64,000 bases of DNA from Anthoceros angustus (Eukaryota > Plantae > Anthocerotophyta). The DNA lies in NCBI GenBank assembly GCA_010909165.1, contig MU008156.1, positions 310,001-374,000 on the forward strand. Reading direction: 5' to 3'. Both the position numbers and the translations under genes were made by a program. This document shows, piece after piece, positions 48,301 through 59,740 of this stretch (position 1 is the first letter of the stretch; every line of letters begins with the position of its first letter). The notes beneath the pieces were generated by a model, which had not been told where the DNA came from, did not search any database, and worked only from the letters and a program-made list of their open reading frames with translations.

Positions 48301-50505
48301 GGACTTCGGAAGGATGGAAGGAGGAGAGAGGGCGGACCGGACAGGCCAGGAGGCGGAGGCCTCGGCAGGCCGATCGCGATCACTGCGTGATCGGGCCGGT
48401 GGAGGAGGCGAGAGCCGCAGCCAATCGAAGGCCGAGCAGTGGCGCGCAGCAAGCAGTCGGCCGTGAGGAGGCGAGGCCACACGGGAGATTGGGGACCTCG
48501 AGTGCAGTGCGGGAGGTAGAAGGCGGCGGCGGAGGCTGGAGGGCAAGGACACCTTGGGTTGCAACTCCAAGATGCATCGGAGGCGGGGGTTCTCAGGAGA
48601 ATCCAAGACTTGACGAGAGGTGAGCCTCCAGCTCCGGCAGGAGGAGAATGGCGGCGGTGCAAGGAGTTCGGCGTCGCAAGGTTGCGGCGGGGATGTGGAG
48701 GAAGCCGAGTCGGACGGGGATCGGCCGCTGGAGAAGGAAGTGGCGGACCTCAGGAAAGAATGAGGCGGAGGAAGAAAGCCTTGGAGGAGGCTACATTGCT
48801 CGTCCGGTTGCAGGAAGCGAAGGAGCTCGGCTCCATGGCCCAGCGGCTGGAACAACAGCAGGAGGAGGAGAGCGTCGGCGGCGAAGGTTGCAAGAGAGGT
48901 TGGCGGCCTCAAAGTCCGCCTCTGGTAAGCAGCCCGAGGCAGGCGGTGGGCGACTGCTCGATTCGGAGCACCTCGGAGGAGAATGCTGGGTGCTCGGGCT
49001 CATGTGAGGAGGCGATTGACAAGTCGATTCCGACTTGCCTACTACCAGCTCCTCAAGGCTCTGGAGGTCTGCGCCACCCTAGGCGGGAGGTGGACTTCGG
49101 AAGGATGGAAGGAGGCGAGAGGGGCGGACCGGGGCAGCCTGGCAGGAGTCCTAGGAGTTGTTTGATAATGGCCAGGTGGAGGAGGCGGGAGGCAGGAGGA
49201 GGAAGGTCGCTACAGGAGGTAAGCACTCGGCACCCTCGCATGGAAGGAAGAGGGAGGATCTTGGAGAGGAAGGGAAGGGTGCAAGGGCATTGGGAACCAA
49301 GGGAGGCTCGATGGATGAACCGTGACCAGCCGGTGAGGAGGCATGCCGGCACGAGGTCGGACTTTGTCCGGACTCTGAGAAAGGCCGGACCCCGGAGGCA
49401 AGTCAGGACCCAGGGACCGGACCCCGGAGGAAGAGGAGGAGGCGGGAGGAGGAGGAGGAGGCGGAGGCCGGACCCCGGAGGAAGGCCGGACCCCGGAGGA
49501 ACTCGGGAGGCGGAGGCCGGACCCCGGAGGAAGAGGAGGAGGCCGGACCTAGAGGTGGGACTCGAGTCGAGGCAGTCACGAGGTCCAAACTCGGGAGTGG
49601 GGAGAGCCACGTCCACGGATCCGGCCCTTGGAGGGCCCTTTGAGGCCCTTGAGAGAGAGAAGAGGGAGGCGAGGAAGACTTGGTGGTGGCCGCGTTGTCG
49701 AGGCCGGTGGCGCTGACGGACCCTCGGGAAGAGGAAGGGTCCGCCTCGCGGATCATCCGATTAGGTGCTTGTGATCGGCGGCTCGGCTTTGGGGGCCGGT
49801 GCCAAGAAGGAATCGAGGCCATCCAGCCCCACCGCGGCGATAGGCGGAATAGGGAGGATAGTAGGCGGCGGTTAGGGCACTGGTGGCCCTCGGCTCGAGA
49901 ATAGAGGTGTAATAAAGGCGCCGACCTTGGCGTAGTATAAGAGGGCTAAGGCGCTACAGATAAATCATCTTTCTCTTGGTGTTGATCGCGTTCTTGCAGA
50001 CCTTTGTGTGTCTTCTTGCTAGTGAGTCTGAGTCATGGCGAGCACGGCAGCTCGGGAGATTGATCGGGGTCTGGTGGGACCTAGCGTGTTGTGGTGTGTG
50101 CGGGGAAGGGTGGCGTGCTGCTCGTCGAGCGCGACCCGGCCGAGAATTTGGGCGTGTGGCCGGAGGAACTCGGGAGGCGTCTGAGCCGGACGGAGGCCCG
50201 GCGGAGCAGCGGAGGTCGGGGCATGTAACCAGCGTCTTTCCTAAGGCGATGAGTGTGGCGTGAGTGGAGAGAGGAAAGGGCTGGAAGTGTGGTGGCGAAT
50301 GTGAGATGCATGACGTTAGCGTTTAGCCATCACAGGGCTGTCACGGTGAGCGTTGCGTAGTTAGGCGTATGTGCGTTGAGGGCGAGCAGGCGCAAAGTGA
50401 GGTAAGAATCACGAAGCAGCAAGCGGGCCTATCATTCCCTTGAGACGGACTTCTTCCTACAGCGACAGGGATTGTCGCGCTGGCCATCGGCGAAATCGCG
50501 CCACA
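45314..50505 (+). mobile_element. Solo LTR D of family A (5192 bp) inserted into the element E integrase
   Basis: TGTGGACT...CGCGCCACA flanked by the TSD CTTGT (45309-45313 and 50506-50510); no PBS or internal region follows. Confidence 0.92.
47545..49135 (+). repeat. Tandem duplication of about 0.8 kb inside solo LTR D
   Basis: 47545-48350 is repeated at about 48352-49135. This accounts for D being about 800 bp longer than the element C LTRs. Confidence 0.8.
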
Positions 50506-52320
50506 CTTGTGCATGCATGCCAAACCGGTGGAAGTGAGGGCGACGTATGGAGTCCTCTTGACTCCAAAATGCCCCATGTCATCATGTACTCTTGAATGAG
50601 ATCAGCACGATCTCCGGGAGGTGGAACCAGCGTTCCACACCATGGGCCGCCTCCGGATGAGGTACCCATCTCTCCAGTAGTAGGCAGCACGTTGCTGTAC
50701 TCACATTCTGCTGCTGTCCAATCTTCACCTAGCTGGCCAGTTTGCACAAACTGAATTGTATGCACGTCCTCCCATATGTCCTTGGGGACATGTTGAGCTG
50801 CTGCAACCTCAAGCTGTCCAAGGCATGTCATGGCCACCAAGGCAGCTACAGCAAAATCTGCCTGTCCTCGTGGCTGATCATCCTCATCCTGCCTAGCCTC
50901 CGTGGCATCCCTACAGCTGCTATCCGGATTCCTGGAGAGGGTGTCGCATTCTGATGTGACACCCCGGCCTGTGCTCCACATGGAAGTTGTAATCCTGCAA
51001 AATCATGGCCCAGCGAGCAAGTTTCCGCTGAGCTTTGTGTTTGTCATCAGCCACTTCAAGGGTTGATGGTCAGTGACAAGGGTAAACTGCTGCCCATAGA
51101 GGTAAGGTCTGAAGTGGCAGACTGCCCAAACAGCGGCGAGGCATTCGCCCTCATAGCTGCTGTAATTGGCCTCAGCACGGTTGTTGCTGCGTGAGGCAAA
51201 GGCAATCACACGTTCCTTCCCTGCTCATCCTCTTGCGCAAGTACAGCACCCAGCCCCAGACTACTCCAGTCTGTATGAAGCACAAAGCGGCTTGTCAAAA
51301 TTGGGACGAGCCATAATGGGTGATGTGCTGAGCCGCTCTTTCAAGGTGTCAAAAGACTGTTGAGCATGCTCATCCCACAGCCACTCCACGTCCTTGCGCA
51401 ATAGGTTGTTCAGCGGTTTAGCAATCCTGCTGAAATTCTGGATGTACACCCTGTAATAGTTGCACAATCCTAGAAATGCCCGTAGTGCTGACACATTGGT
51501 GGGCTCCTTCACCCGCTGAATGGCCTGGATCTTGGCTGCATGAGGCATGACTCCATTGGGCACGATCTTGTGTCCCAAGTATGCTACAGTGCTCATCCCA
51601 AACTCACATTTGGAGGGTGGCACGTGAGCTCAGCCTTCCGCAACCTAAGGAACAGATCCTCTAGATGTGCCAAGTGCTGCTCAAAATCCTCGCTGTGCAC
51701 AAGGACATCGTCAATGTAGCACATCAAATATGCTGCACCTGCCAGCACAAGATCCATTATCCTCTGGAAGGTGACTGGTGCATTTTAAATCCAAAAGGCA
51801 TCACCAGCCACTCCCACAGCTGCTGAGATCCATGGAAGGCAGTCTTCTTGATGTCCTCCTCAGCAACCGCACCTGGTTGAATCCTTGGCGTAGGTCAAGT
51901 GTGGAGAAGAAGACTGACTGCCCAATGCGGTCAAAAATTTCTTCAGGGTCGGCGCCTGCGATCCTGTGCTGTTGCTACATTTATGGGACGATAGTCCCGC
52001 ATCCTCTTCTCAGTCCACAGCCCTTGGCTGTCCTTCTTGCGGCATCACGGTGGCAGCAGCATAGTCACTGCTGGAGGGCCTGATCAACCCTGCTTCCAGC
52101 AATTCCCTGCAGCGGGCGTCCACCATGTCCCATTCTGTCTTGCTGAGACGGTACCTTCTCCTGTAGATGGGCTCCGAGGTGGTAAGGTTGATCCTAAAGG
52201 TCAACACATTACACCTCTTCAGCTCCTTCATTGAGAAGGCGAAGCAGTCTCGATACTTCAGCAGTAGCACGTGAATCCTCTGCTTCTGCAGGTCTGTGAG
52301 CTCATCCCCATCTTCCAAGG
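50506..52320 (-). pseudogene. pol: Reverse transcriptase, RNase H and integrase zinc finger of element E
   Basis: EPIYRRRYRLSKTEW..LLEAGLIRPSSS, STLDLRQGFNQ, CYIDDVLVHS (YIDD at about 51707-51718), LRAFLGLCNYYR, IAFASRSNNRAEANYSSYEGECLAAVWAV, FTLVTDHQPLKWLM and GHFGVKRT. Confidence 0.92.
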
Positions 52321-52559
52321 GAAATTATCAGCTGTGACCTTTGTTGATGCTCCATGCTCACTTCCCTTGTGGTCAGATGCGGAAAAAGCAGACCTGTTTC
52401 CCCATGTAGGCTGCTCCACCCCCAGCATCTGGCCAAAAGGGTAGGTGAGTGTAGCCAGGAAAGGGAAAATGGACAGCATCTGCTGGGCACATACTGGCCA
52501 GCAAGCTAGGAAGGGCTACAGCTGCAAACTTGGCGTGCAATTGAAAGGCGAGGCAGAGG

Positions 52560-53490
52560 CTGACCAGCCAAGTAATGGCGTGAAGGTCCATGGCTCTGCC
52601 TATGGCTGCAGCACTGGGGTCGAGTGACTTGAGGTGCTGTTTGGAAAACCCCTGTTTGAAACCCATCAGGCGCCTCGCTCCTCTACTCCAGGTTCCTCCC
52701 ATTGCTGAGTGGTAGTGTTAAGGAGCATGCCATTGCCTTGAGCTCTGTATGCAAAGAGCCTGGAAAACTCACGAGCGTGGGCAACGTCTGTCTCGGCTGC
52801 CCTGGCACATTGGTAGGGAACCAAGGTGCACGCTCACTAGCAGTGACTGGCTTGGGCTGATGATGTGGTTCCAAGACCAGCTGCAGCTGCAAGTGGGGAT
52901 CCCTGGTGGTGCCACGTAAGGCTAGCTCCAACCGAAGAGGGACAAGGTTTGTCCAATAATTGCGTAGCCTGTGGGCATAGCTACCCACCTGGGCAGCATC
53001 CATAAGGAATGGGAGCCACATAATGCTGCACAATCACCATGTCCTGTTGCACATGTGGGCGTGAGTCCAGCTGGGCAGGTGTGTTTTCAAGAGATAAGCA
53101 CAGCGTGGATTATCTTGCTGAGCCCATGCGAGCACCTGGTGCAAGTCCCGAAAGAGGCCTGAACGTGCATCTTCTAAGCCTTGGCCACGGCCTGCCCTGG
53201 AAAACCCCTGGCATTCCCAGCCAGCGATGACCATGTCCACAGGTCCCAAAGCATGGATGTGGGCCTGTTGGATGTACTGCACATCCTGTGGCCAGGCCGT
53301 AAAAGCTGTGAGTGGCCTCTGGGGGTAGTTGCTGTGGAAAGCGCTGTTGCAGCCCAAGCAGTCTGAAGGCTGCAATGTCCCTGGCTATTGGGTCCTTGTC
53401 ACAATAGACATAGCGCGGATAGTGAGCCCGTCAATAGCAAAGCCTCCAGCCAGTGCAGATACCCCAAATAGCTCTACCACCGTTAGTTCA
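52560..53490 (-). pseudogene. C5-cytosine DNA methyltransferase catalytic domain embedded in the element E polyprotein
   Basis: Motifs in canonical order, read across small indels: I VVELFG(G)ICTGLEAL (about 53480), II YVYCDKDP, IV DMVIAGWECQGFSRAGRGQGLEDARSGLF (about 53215), VI AYLLEN (about 53090), VIII DAAQVGSYAHRLRNYWTN (about 52970), IX EEPGVEER.RLMGF (about 52670), X AIGRAMDL (about 52590). Confidence 0.88.
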
Positions 53491-53879
53491 GGCTGAGAGG
53501 GTGCCCACGTGATCACAGTGCAGTTCAGCAGCTTGTCCTGTGTGGGATGCGCCAACCCTGTAGCCACAAGGCTCTGGACACGTTGCAATTGAGCCTTGGC
53601 ATTCTGCAAACGTCGGCCACCTCAGCAGGGTAGTCTGGATGAGCCATGGCTTGAGACAAAGTGCTGCCACTGCCAGGTGAGTCCTCATCAGCTGCAGACT
53701 CCAGCTGCCGTTCTACATGGGCAGTGTCCCTCACTAGCTCGCCAAGGTTGCAAGACTGAATGTCACAAACCATTTGGCAGGCTACAAGCGAGCCACATCA
53801 GCAACTGTTTTACCATGAAGGTCCAGTGGCAGATGCGCCACACGGAGCCCCTTGTCTCCAATCAGGCCTGTAAAGGCTT

Positions 53880-54230
53880 GTTCCGTCCAGTTGTCCACGC
53901 CAATGCCTGGTGGGTACAAAAATTCTTGACCCAACAAGACATCGTAGTTGGTGGCTGTGGTCACAAGACAGGGCAATGACAAGGTCATCTCATCTGGCGT
54001 GCCGGGTTAAGGGTAATATCCACGGTCGGATGGTTTCCCACACAGCTCAATTGCCCTGGAAGCAGTCCTGATGTTCCAGGGTGATGTGCGAAGAGCATCA
54101 CCCTTCAGATGCAACCTGGCTGCCAGCACCTTGCCGATTATGACTGGCTGTGCACCTGTGTCAAGCAGCACCACCCTGGGTGCGTAACCATTCACTGTCA
54201 CGTGCCCTGCTCGATTATCAACAACAGCGT
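53880..54230 (-). pseudogene. Aspartic protease of element E
   Basis: VVLLDTGAQPVIIG (DTG motif) and YDVLLGQEFLY. Confidence 0.85.
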
Positions 54231-54899
54231 TGCTAACCCGGTGTTGAGCCTGTTGGTGGCTGCACTCGTGGTCTGTCACCAACTTGGCCTGCCACCTGTA
54301 CACTGCAGACTCCTTCCAGCAAGCCGGAATGCATTCGTGGCTGCTCCATGGGCTGAAGGCTGCTGCACAGCGTGACGATCTGTCTGGTGGGAGTTCCCAC
54401 AATCGGGCATGAGCAACCACAGGATCGGGCTCATTGCATGTGGCCACAACTTCTAGTGTCTGCATCATTTGCTGCAGCCGGCTGGGTGTAACTCCAAGCT
54501 CCTGGAGAGTGAAGAGTGGGATCTCCGTGAGCCTCTTAGCCACCTGTTCAGCAGTGACAGCCTGTGGAAGCAAGTACAATTTTTCCGCGTGATATGCCCT
54601 GCCCCTTTGAGGGGCTGATCCACTGGCTCTGACCTGGATGAAGAATGGCTCTGCCCCTGATCGGAATGGCAGAACCTGGCGGCAATGGCACATAGGATTG
54701 AGGCATCACTGCCCTCGCCCCTCGTTGCCTAGTGACAGGTCCAGTAGCTGCTGATGTAATGTCCAGCGTGGTATTTGGGAGCACATGCCCCACCCAGCTG
54801 GTCGGCATCACAACACGTCCCTCTTGGCTGTCACTTGGTGCCTTATCCGCTGTGCAGACCTGATGTGGCAGGCCGTAGTCCTCTCCTTCAGGTACTGCA

Positions 54900-56200
54900 A
54901 CAAGTTCTACTGCTGCAGCCGGTTTGGCTCCTTCAGCACTAGAGATTGGCCACTGCGTGGCCAATGCTGCCAGTTGTGCCTCCAAGGTTGCGACCTTCTC
55001 AGCATTGGCAGTATTCTTGGCCTTGGCCTTGTCACGTTGCTGTTTGCTCCGTGAAGGCCCTGCTGTTCCAGCTGCAGCAGCTGTAGGTGCCACTGCTGTC
55101 CCACCAACCTCTGCCTTTGCCTTCTGATACCGTCTCCGGATGTTTCTGGAAGCAGACCGTGACAACATGGCCGTTCTTCTGGCAGTGAGTGCAGAACAAA
55201 CCCTCCGATGGACACTTGCATGCAGTGGACAAGTGCTCTGGACTGCCACAGTAATTGCATAAGGCTGCCGGTGCTGCTGCTGCTGTAGCTGCTGCCCTGC
55301 CTTGGCTGGCTTAGCTGGCCTGCCCCTTGAGGAAGCTCCCCATGCGTGGTTGACCCCTTGTTGGTGAACATGGACTGGTAGTGATGGAAGGACTTGGCAT
55401 GCTTGGAGGAGAACACCGAGTGGCGATCTCCTTCTTCTCCGCCTCTTCATGCACTTGCTCCAAGGTGTAGTTATCACCATATTTGTCCACCAAGGAGGAC
55501 ACAAGCTGGAAGTGAAAAGAGAATCACCCTCCAGGGCAACTAAGAATTTCTCCGCTGCCTCCTGATCCGTCAACATGCCAGTACCCTCACGTAGCTTTTG
55601 CAGCCTACGGAAGCACATCTGGACTGTCTCCCTTTCTTCCTCGCAAAAGTAGCCAACTCAGCGATTTTCTCCGGAGTTTTGAGGGGAAGGCCTTTTCCAG
55701 AATCTTCAGAAACTCCTCCACGGGGTTGGCATGCTTGGGAGTCTGGATGAACTCATCAATCCCCTGCGTTGCTGTTGTCCTCTCCGCTGGGGTGAGGGGC
55801 TCACCACTGTAGGAGGCTGCAGTGGCAGCAACAGTGCCATTAGCAATGGCCTGTTGATGAGCTGTAATGGCGGCCTGCAACTTGGCATTGTAGGCTAGCT
55901 GCAGCGCCCCTGGTGCAAAGGATTCAAGGTCTGCACCGTGGCAGTCAAATCTGCTTGGTGAGCCTCGTACAAATCCAATGCCTCATCAGCCATGTAGGCA
56001 GACAGCTGTTCGAACATGTACAGGTGATTGTACAACGCGTGCTTGAACTTCACCCGGCTGATTGCCTCACTCACACGTGGCGGAAATCTCTCAAAGACAT
56101 AGTCCCAGGCCTGCCTGAGAATTTTTCGTGCCTACTTGATGGTCCCTGACTCCATGGTATCAGATCCCTCCGAGAGGTCAGCTTTAGTCTGTCCTCCTTG
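54900..56200 (-). pseudogene. gag: gag of element E with zinc knuckle
   Basis: KFSGRPGTMSLRDF.., NPVEEFLKILEKAFP, FRRLQKLREGTGMLTDQEAAEKFLVAL, and the knuckle FCTHCQKNGHVVTVC. Confidence 0.7.
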
Positions 56201-56693
56201 TGCTGTTGAAATCACCAATGAATGGTCAGCACCTGGCCTCCACTATCCTGCCTCAAGTCACCAAAATCTGGTGCAACTGGATCGGGGCCTGGTTAGCAAA
56301 GGGGACCAACTTGTGCCTGCAGCAGGTTGTAGCTGCTCAGCACCAGGATCTGCTCCGCTGGGTCTCCTCCTAGAGACAGCCGTTGCCGTTGTGCTGGCCG
56401 CCTCCTCCTTGCAAAGACCCTGGCACGTCCCTTGTCCTCAGTCGATGGCGTGGACTACCTCCCTCCTCGTCAGAGGGCATTGCCCATGTAGACAGCACAC
56501 GCAGAGATCAGCCACCAGCAAGGTAAGCAAGTGCTGCAAGGCAGCCTCCGAGAAAGCAAAACCCCAGCCACAGAATCAATGTGAAACGCAAAATTCCTGA
56601 ACACACCAACGCTGCAACTCTGATCCTTCTCCTCAGTAAGCAAAGGGACCTGGAATATCACTATCCTAGCACCTATGCTGCAACAAGGGAAGT

Positions 56694-57056
56694 GATGGCT
56701 GCAAATAGCCAATTTCCCCAACTGAACCCTAAGTGCCCAACCTTTCCAAGGCATTCAGTCCTTGGATTGCACTCAAAGTAGACAAAATGGTACCAACAGA
56801 TTTGTCTCAACAAGGCGAACACTTTGGTATGCAAATCAGGAAACCGACCTGTGGATCGATCGCTATGAACGCTGATGGCTGCAAATAGCCAATTTCCACA
56901 CCTGAACCCTAAGTGCTCAACCTCTCCAAGGCATTCAGTCCCTGGATTGCACTCGAAAGTAGACAAAATGGTACCAACAGATTCGTCTCAACAAGGCGAA
57001 CACTCTGGTATGCAAATCGACGGCAACCGACCTGTGGGGCGATCGCTATGAACGCT
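56694..57056. repeat. Two tandem copies of an approximately 180-bp unit in the element E leader
   Basis: gatggctgcaaatagccaatttcc...gatcgctatgaacgct occurs at 56694 and 56874. Confidence 0.85.
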
Positions 57057-57082
57057 GGAAGACTTGGGCAGCTTGCTGCAGA

Positions 57083-59147
57083 TGAAATGCAGCTGCTTCT
57101 GCTGCACAATCAGGGCGTGTGGGGATGCTGCCTTGCTGAGTTGCACGGCCGCCTCCACCAGCTCACTCGCCTCACACGTGAGCTCCAGCAATTGAAAGCA
57201 GTTGTCGAAGTAGACAAGCCAGCAGCGCTCACGTGCTGTGGCGCACCTCGGTGCAAATACGAATCAAAGGGCTGCCCTACACGGGCTGCCTGGAGTTGGT
57301 AAATCCGTGACCTGCAGCACCACACACATTGCAATCGTTCTGAGCCACATGCACACCAAAACCTTGCATTCCAATCAGAAATCCAGCAACACCGCGGTTT
57401 TGCGTGAGTCTCAGCAACATTCCCTTTCCACGGACTTCGACAACTGGTTGTTGCAGCTGCCATCGCCAGTCTTGAGGTCTTGGCCGCCATCATGAGCAAG
57501 CACCTCCTCTCGGTGTGATGAGGCCACCACCTCGCATGATCCTTTGGCCGTTGCAGCAGCGGGCTTCATGATGTAGCCCACGAGCCACCTGCCGGGTTTG
57601 CAGCCCTGGTTCTAGAAATGACCTAAATGGCCTAATAACCTATCCTGATAATGTCAGTTAAATAGCTTCATATGGGGTAAGCTAATTAATAGCTATTTCC
57701 TAATGGCCAAAATCACATATATAGCCAGCCTACCTCTAGGCTACTATATATATTCTTGTAAAATGAAATGCAGCTGCTTCTGCTGCACAATCAGGGCGTG
57801 TGGGGATGCTGCCTTGCTAGAGTTGCACGGCCGCCTCCACCAGCTCACTCGCCTCACACGTGAGCTCCAGCAATTGAAAGCAGTTGTCGAAGTAGACAAG
57901 CCAGCAGCGCTCACGTGCTGTGGCGCACCTCGGTGCAAATACGAATCAAAGGGCTGCCCTACACGGGCTGCCTGGAGTTGGTAAATCCGTGACCTGCCGC
58001 AGCACCCACACATTGCAATCGTTCTGAGCCACATGCACACCAAAACCTTGCATTCCAATCAGAAATCCAGCAACACCGCGGTTTTGCGTGAGTCTCAACA
58101 ACATTCCCTTTCCACGGACTTCGACAACTGGTTGTTGCAGCTGCCATCGCCAGTCTTGAGGTCTTGGCCGCCATCATGAGCAAGCACCTCCTCTCGGTGT
58201 GATGAGGCCACCACCTCGCATGATCCTTTGGCCGTTGCAGCAGCGGGCTTCATGATGTAGCCCACGAGCCACCTGCCGGGTTTGCAGCCCTGGTTCTAGA
58301 AATGACCTAAATGGCCTAATAACCTATCCTGATAATGTCAGTTAAATAGCTTCATATGGGGTAAGCTAATTAATAGCTATTTCCTAATGGCCAAAATCAC
58401 ATATATAGCCAGCCTACCTCTAGGCTACTATATATATTCTTGTAAAATGAAATGCAGCTGCTTCTGCTGCACAATCAGGGCGTGTGGGGATGCTGCCTTG
58501 CTAGAGTTGCACGGCCGCCTCCACCAGCTCACTCGCCTCACACGTGAGCTCCAGCAATTGAAAGCAGTTGTCGAAGTAGACAAGCCAGCAGCGCTCACGT
58601 GCTGTGGCGCACCTCGGTGCAAATACGAATCAAAGGGCTGCCCTACACGGGCTGCCTGGAGTTGGTAAATCCGTGACCTGCCGCAGCACCCACACATTGC
58701 AATCGTTCTGAGCCACATGCACACCAAAACCTTGCATTCCAATCAGAAATCCAGCAACACCGCGGTTTTGCGTGAGTCTCAACAACATTCCCTTTCCACG
58801 GACTTCGACAACTGGTTGTTGCAGCTGCCATCGCCAGTCTTGAGGTCTTGGCCGCCATCATGAGCAAGCACCTCCTCTCGGTGTGATGAGGCCACCACCT
58901 CGCATGATCCTTTGGCCGTTGCAGCAGCGGGCTTCATGATGTAGCCCACGAGCCACCTGCCGGGTTTGCAGCCCTGGTTCTAGAAATGACCTAAATGGCC
59001 TAATAACCTATCCTGATAATGTCAGTTAAATAGCTTCATATGGGGTAAGCTAATTAATAGCTATTTCCTAATGGCCAAAATCACATATATAGCCAGCCTA
59101 CCTCTAGGCTACTATATATATTCTTGTAAAACAAGTGCGGTGCCACA
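57083..59147 (-). repeat. 5' terminal region of element E: three tandem units of about 684 bp, each repeat A plus a 130-bp segment Z
   Basis: The MAKITYIASL ORF start recurs at 57703, 58387 and 59071 (period 684). The A part matches 42639-43180, but B is absent here. Confidence 0.88.
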
Positions 59148-59153
59148 GCAGGA

Positions 59154-59740
59154 CCCAACTTTCGGCTGTCGGTTTTGGACTCCCTCAAAACACTCTCGGC
59201 AGCCAAGACCCATGATTGCTACCTCGGCCTTTATCTCATCGAGGCTTGGTTCCCTCATGCTTTGCTCTAAACCTCTGCGAAACCCCTTGACCACCATATC
59301 CAAAGCAAGAATATGTATTGCTTCCTACCTCCTTCATCACGCTCATGGCGGCCAGTTTTTCTTGACTAGGGGCCACAACTCCGCTTATCTTGTCTTGCTC
59401 CTCCTTCAAAACACATCCCAATACTCTTGCTTCACACCTTCGGGACATCTTGGGGTTAGACTTCTTCCCACAAAAATAACGGGCCTCCTTTCTAACATTG
59501 TTCCTCAATACTTCAAATTAGTGCTCAAAAGCGCAAGACAATAGGCTGAAACTCCCATGGCCCAGTCATAGTTTGCACGATACGTCTCAACATGAAATGG
59601 GTGGCGTCTGTTTGTTTCAAAAGGGATATATGAGTGGATTGCATATGTCTTAGGACATAAAATGGACTCATCCTTCATGGGTATGAATGAGGACTCTCTT
59701 GGTATATAAACCACGAAAAACACGAGGAGTTGCAGCAAGA
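59154..59740 (-). pseudogene. Unknown cargo ORF of the CACTA element, continuing at 42527 to about 42400 after element E
   Basis: One frame runs about 190 codons with scattered TGA/TAA/TAG stops and no frameshift (..YRANYDWAMGVSAYCLALLSTNLKY*GTMLERRPVIFVGRSLTPRCPEGVKQEYWDVF*..EAIHILALDMVVKGFRRGLEQ..); no family recognised. Confidence 0.55.

Larger units (their letters stand above)
42527..59153 (-). mobile_element. Ty3/gypsy-type retrotransposon E (16.6 kb including the nested solo LTR): gag-PR-DNMT-RT-RH-INT-PHD, split direct-repeat termini
   Basis: Flanked by CCCAACT at 42521-42527 and 59154-59160; removing the element restores the reading frame QNRQPKVG|ANGEKEKAIVVWDMLKE. Domains are colinear on the minus strand. 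Confidence 0.8.

Noticed and set aside
52560-53490. DNMT as a bacterial restriction-modification gene or contamination
   Set aside because: It lies between a retroviral-type protease and RT inside a TSD-bounded element, with no restriction endonuclease or other prokaryotic context.
42527-59153. Element E as a DIRS/PAT element
   Set aside because: No tyrosine recombinase was found. The domain order PR-RT-RH-INT and a D,D(35)E integrase are Ty3/gypsy features. The domain is a C5-cytosine methyltransferase, not the adenine-type one of many DIRS elements.
43107-59544. Recurrent MAKITYIASLPLGYYIYSCK ORF as a real gene family
   Set aside because: It lies in terminal repeat A and reads through into different, unrelated sequence in different copies.
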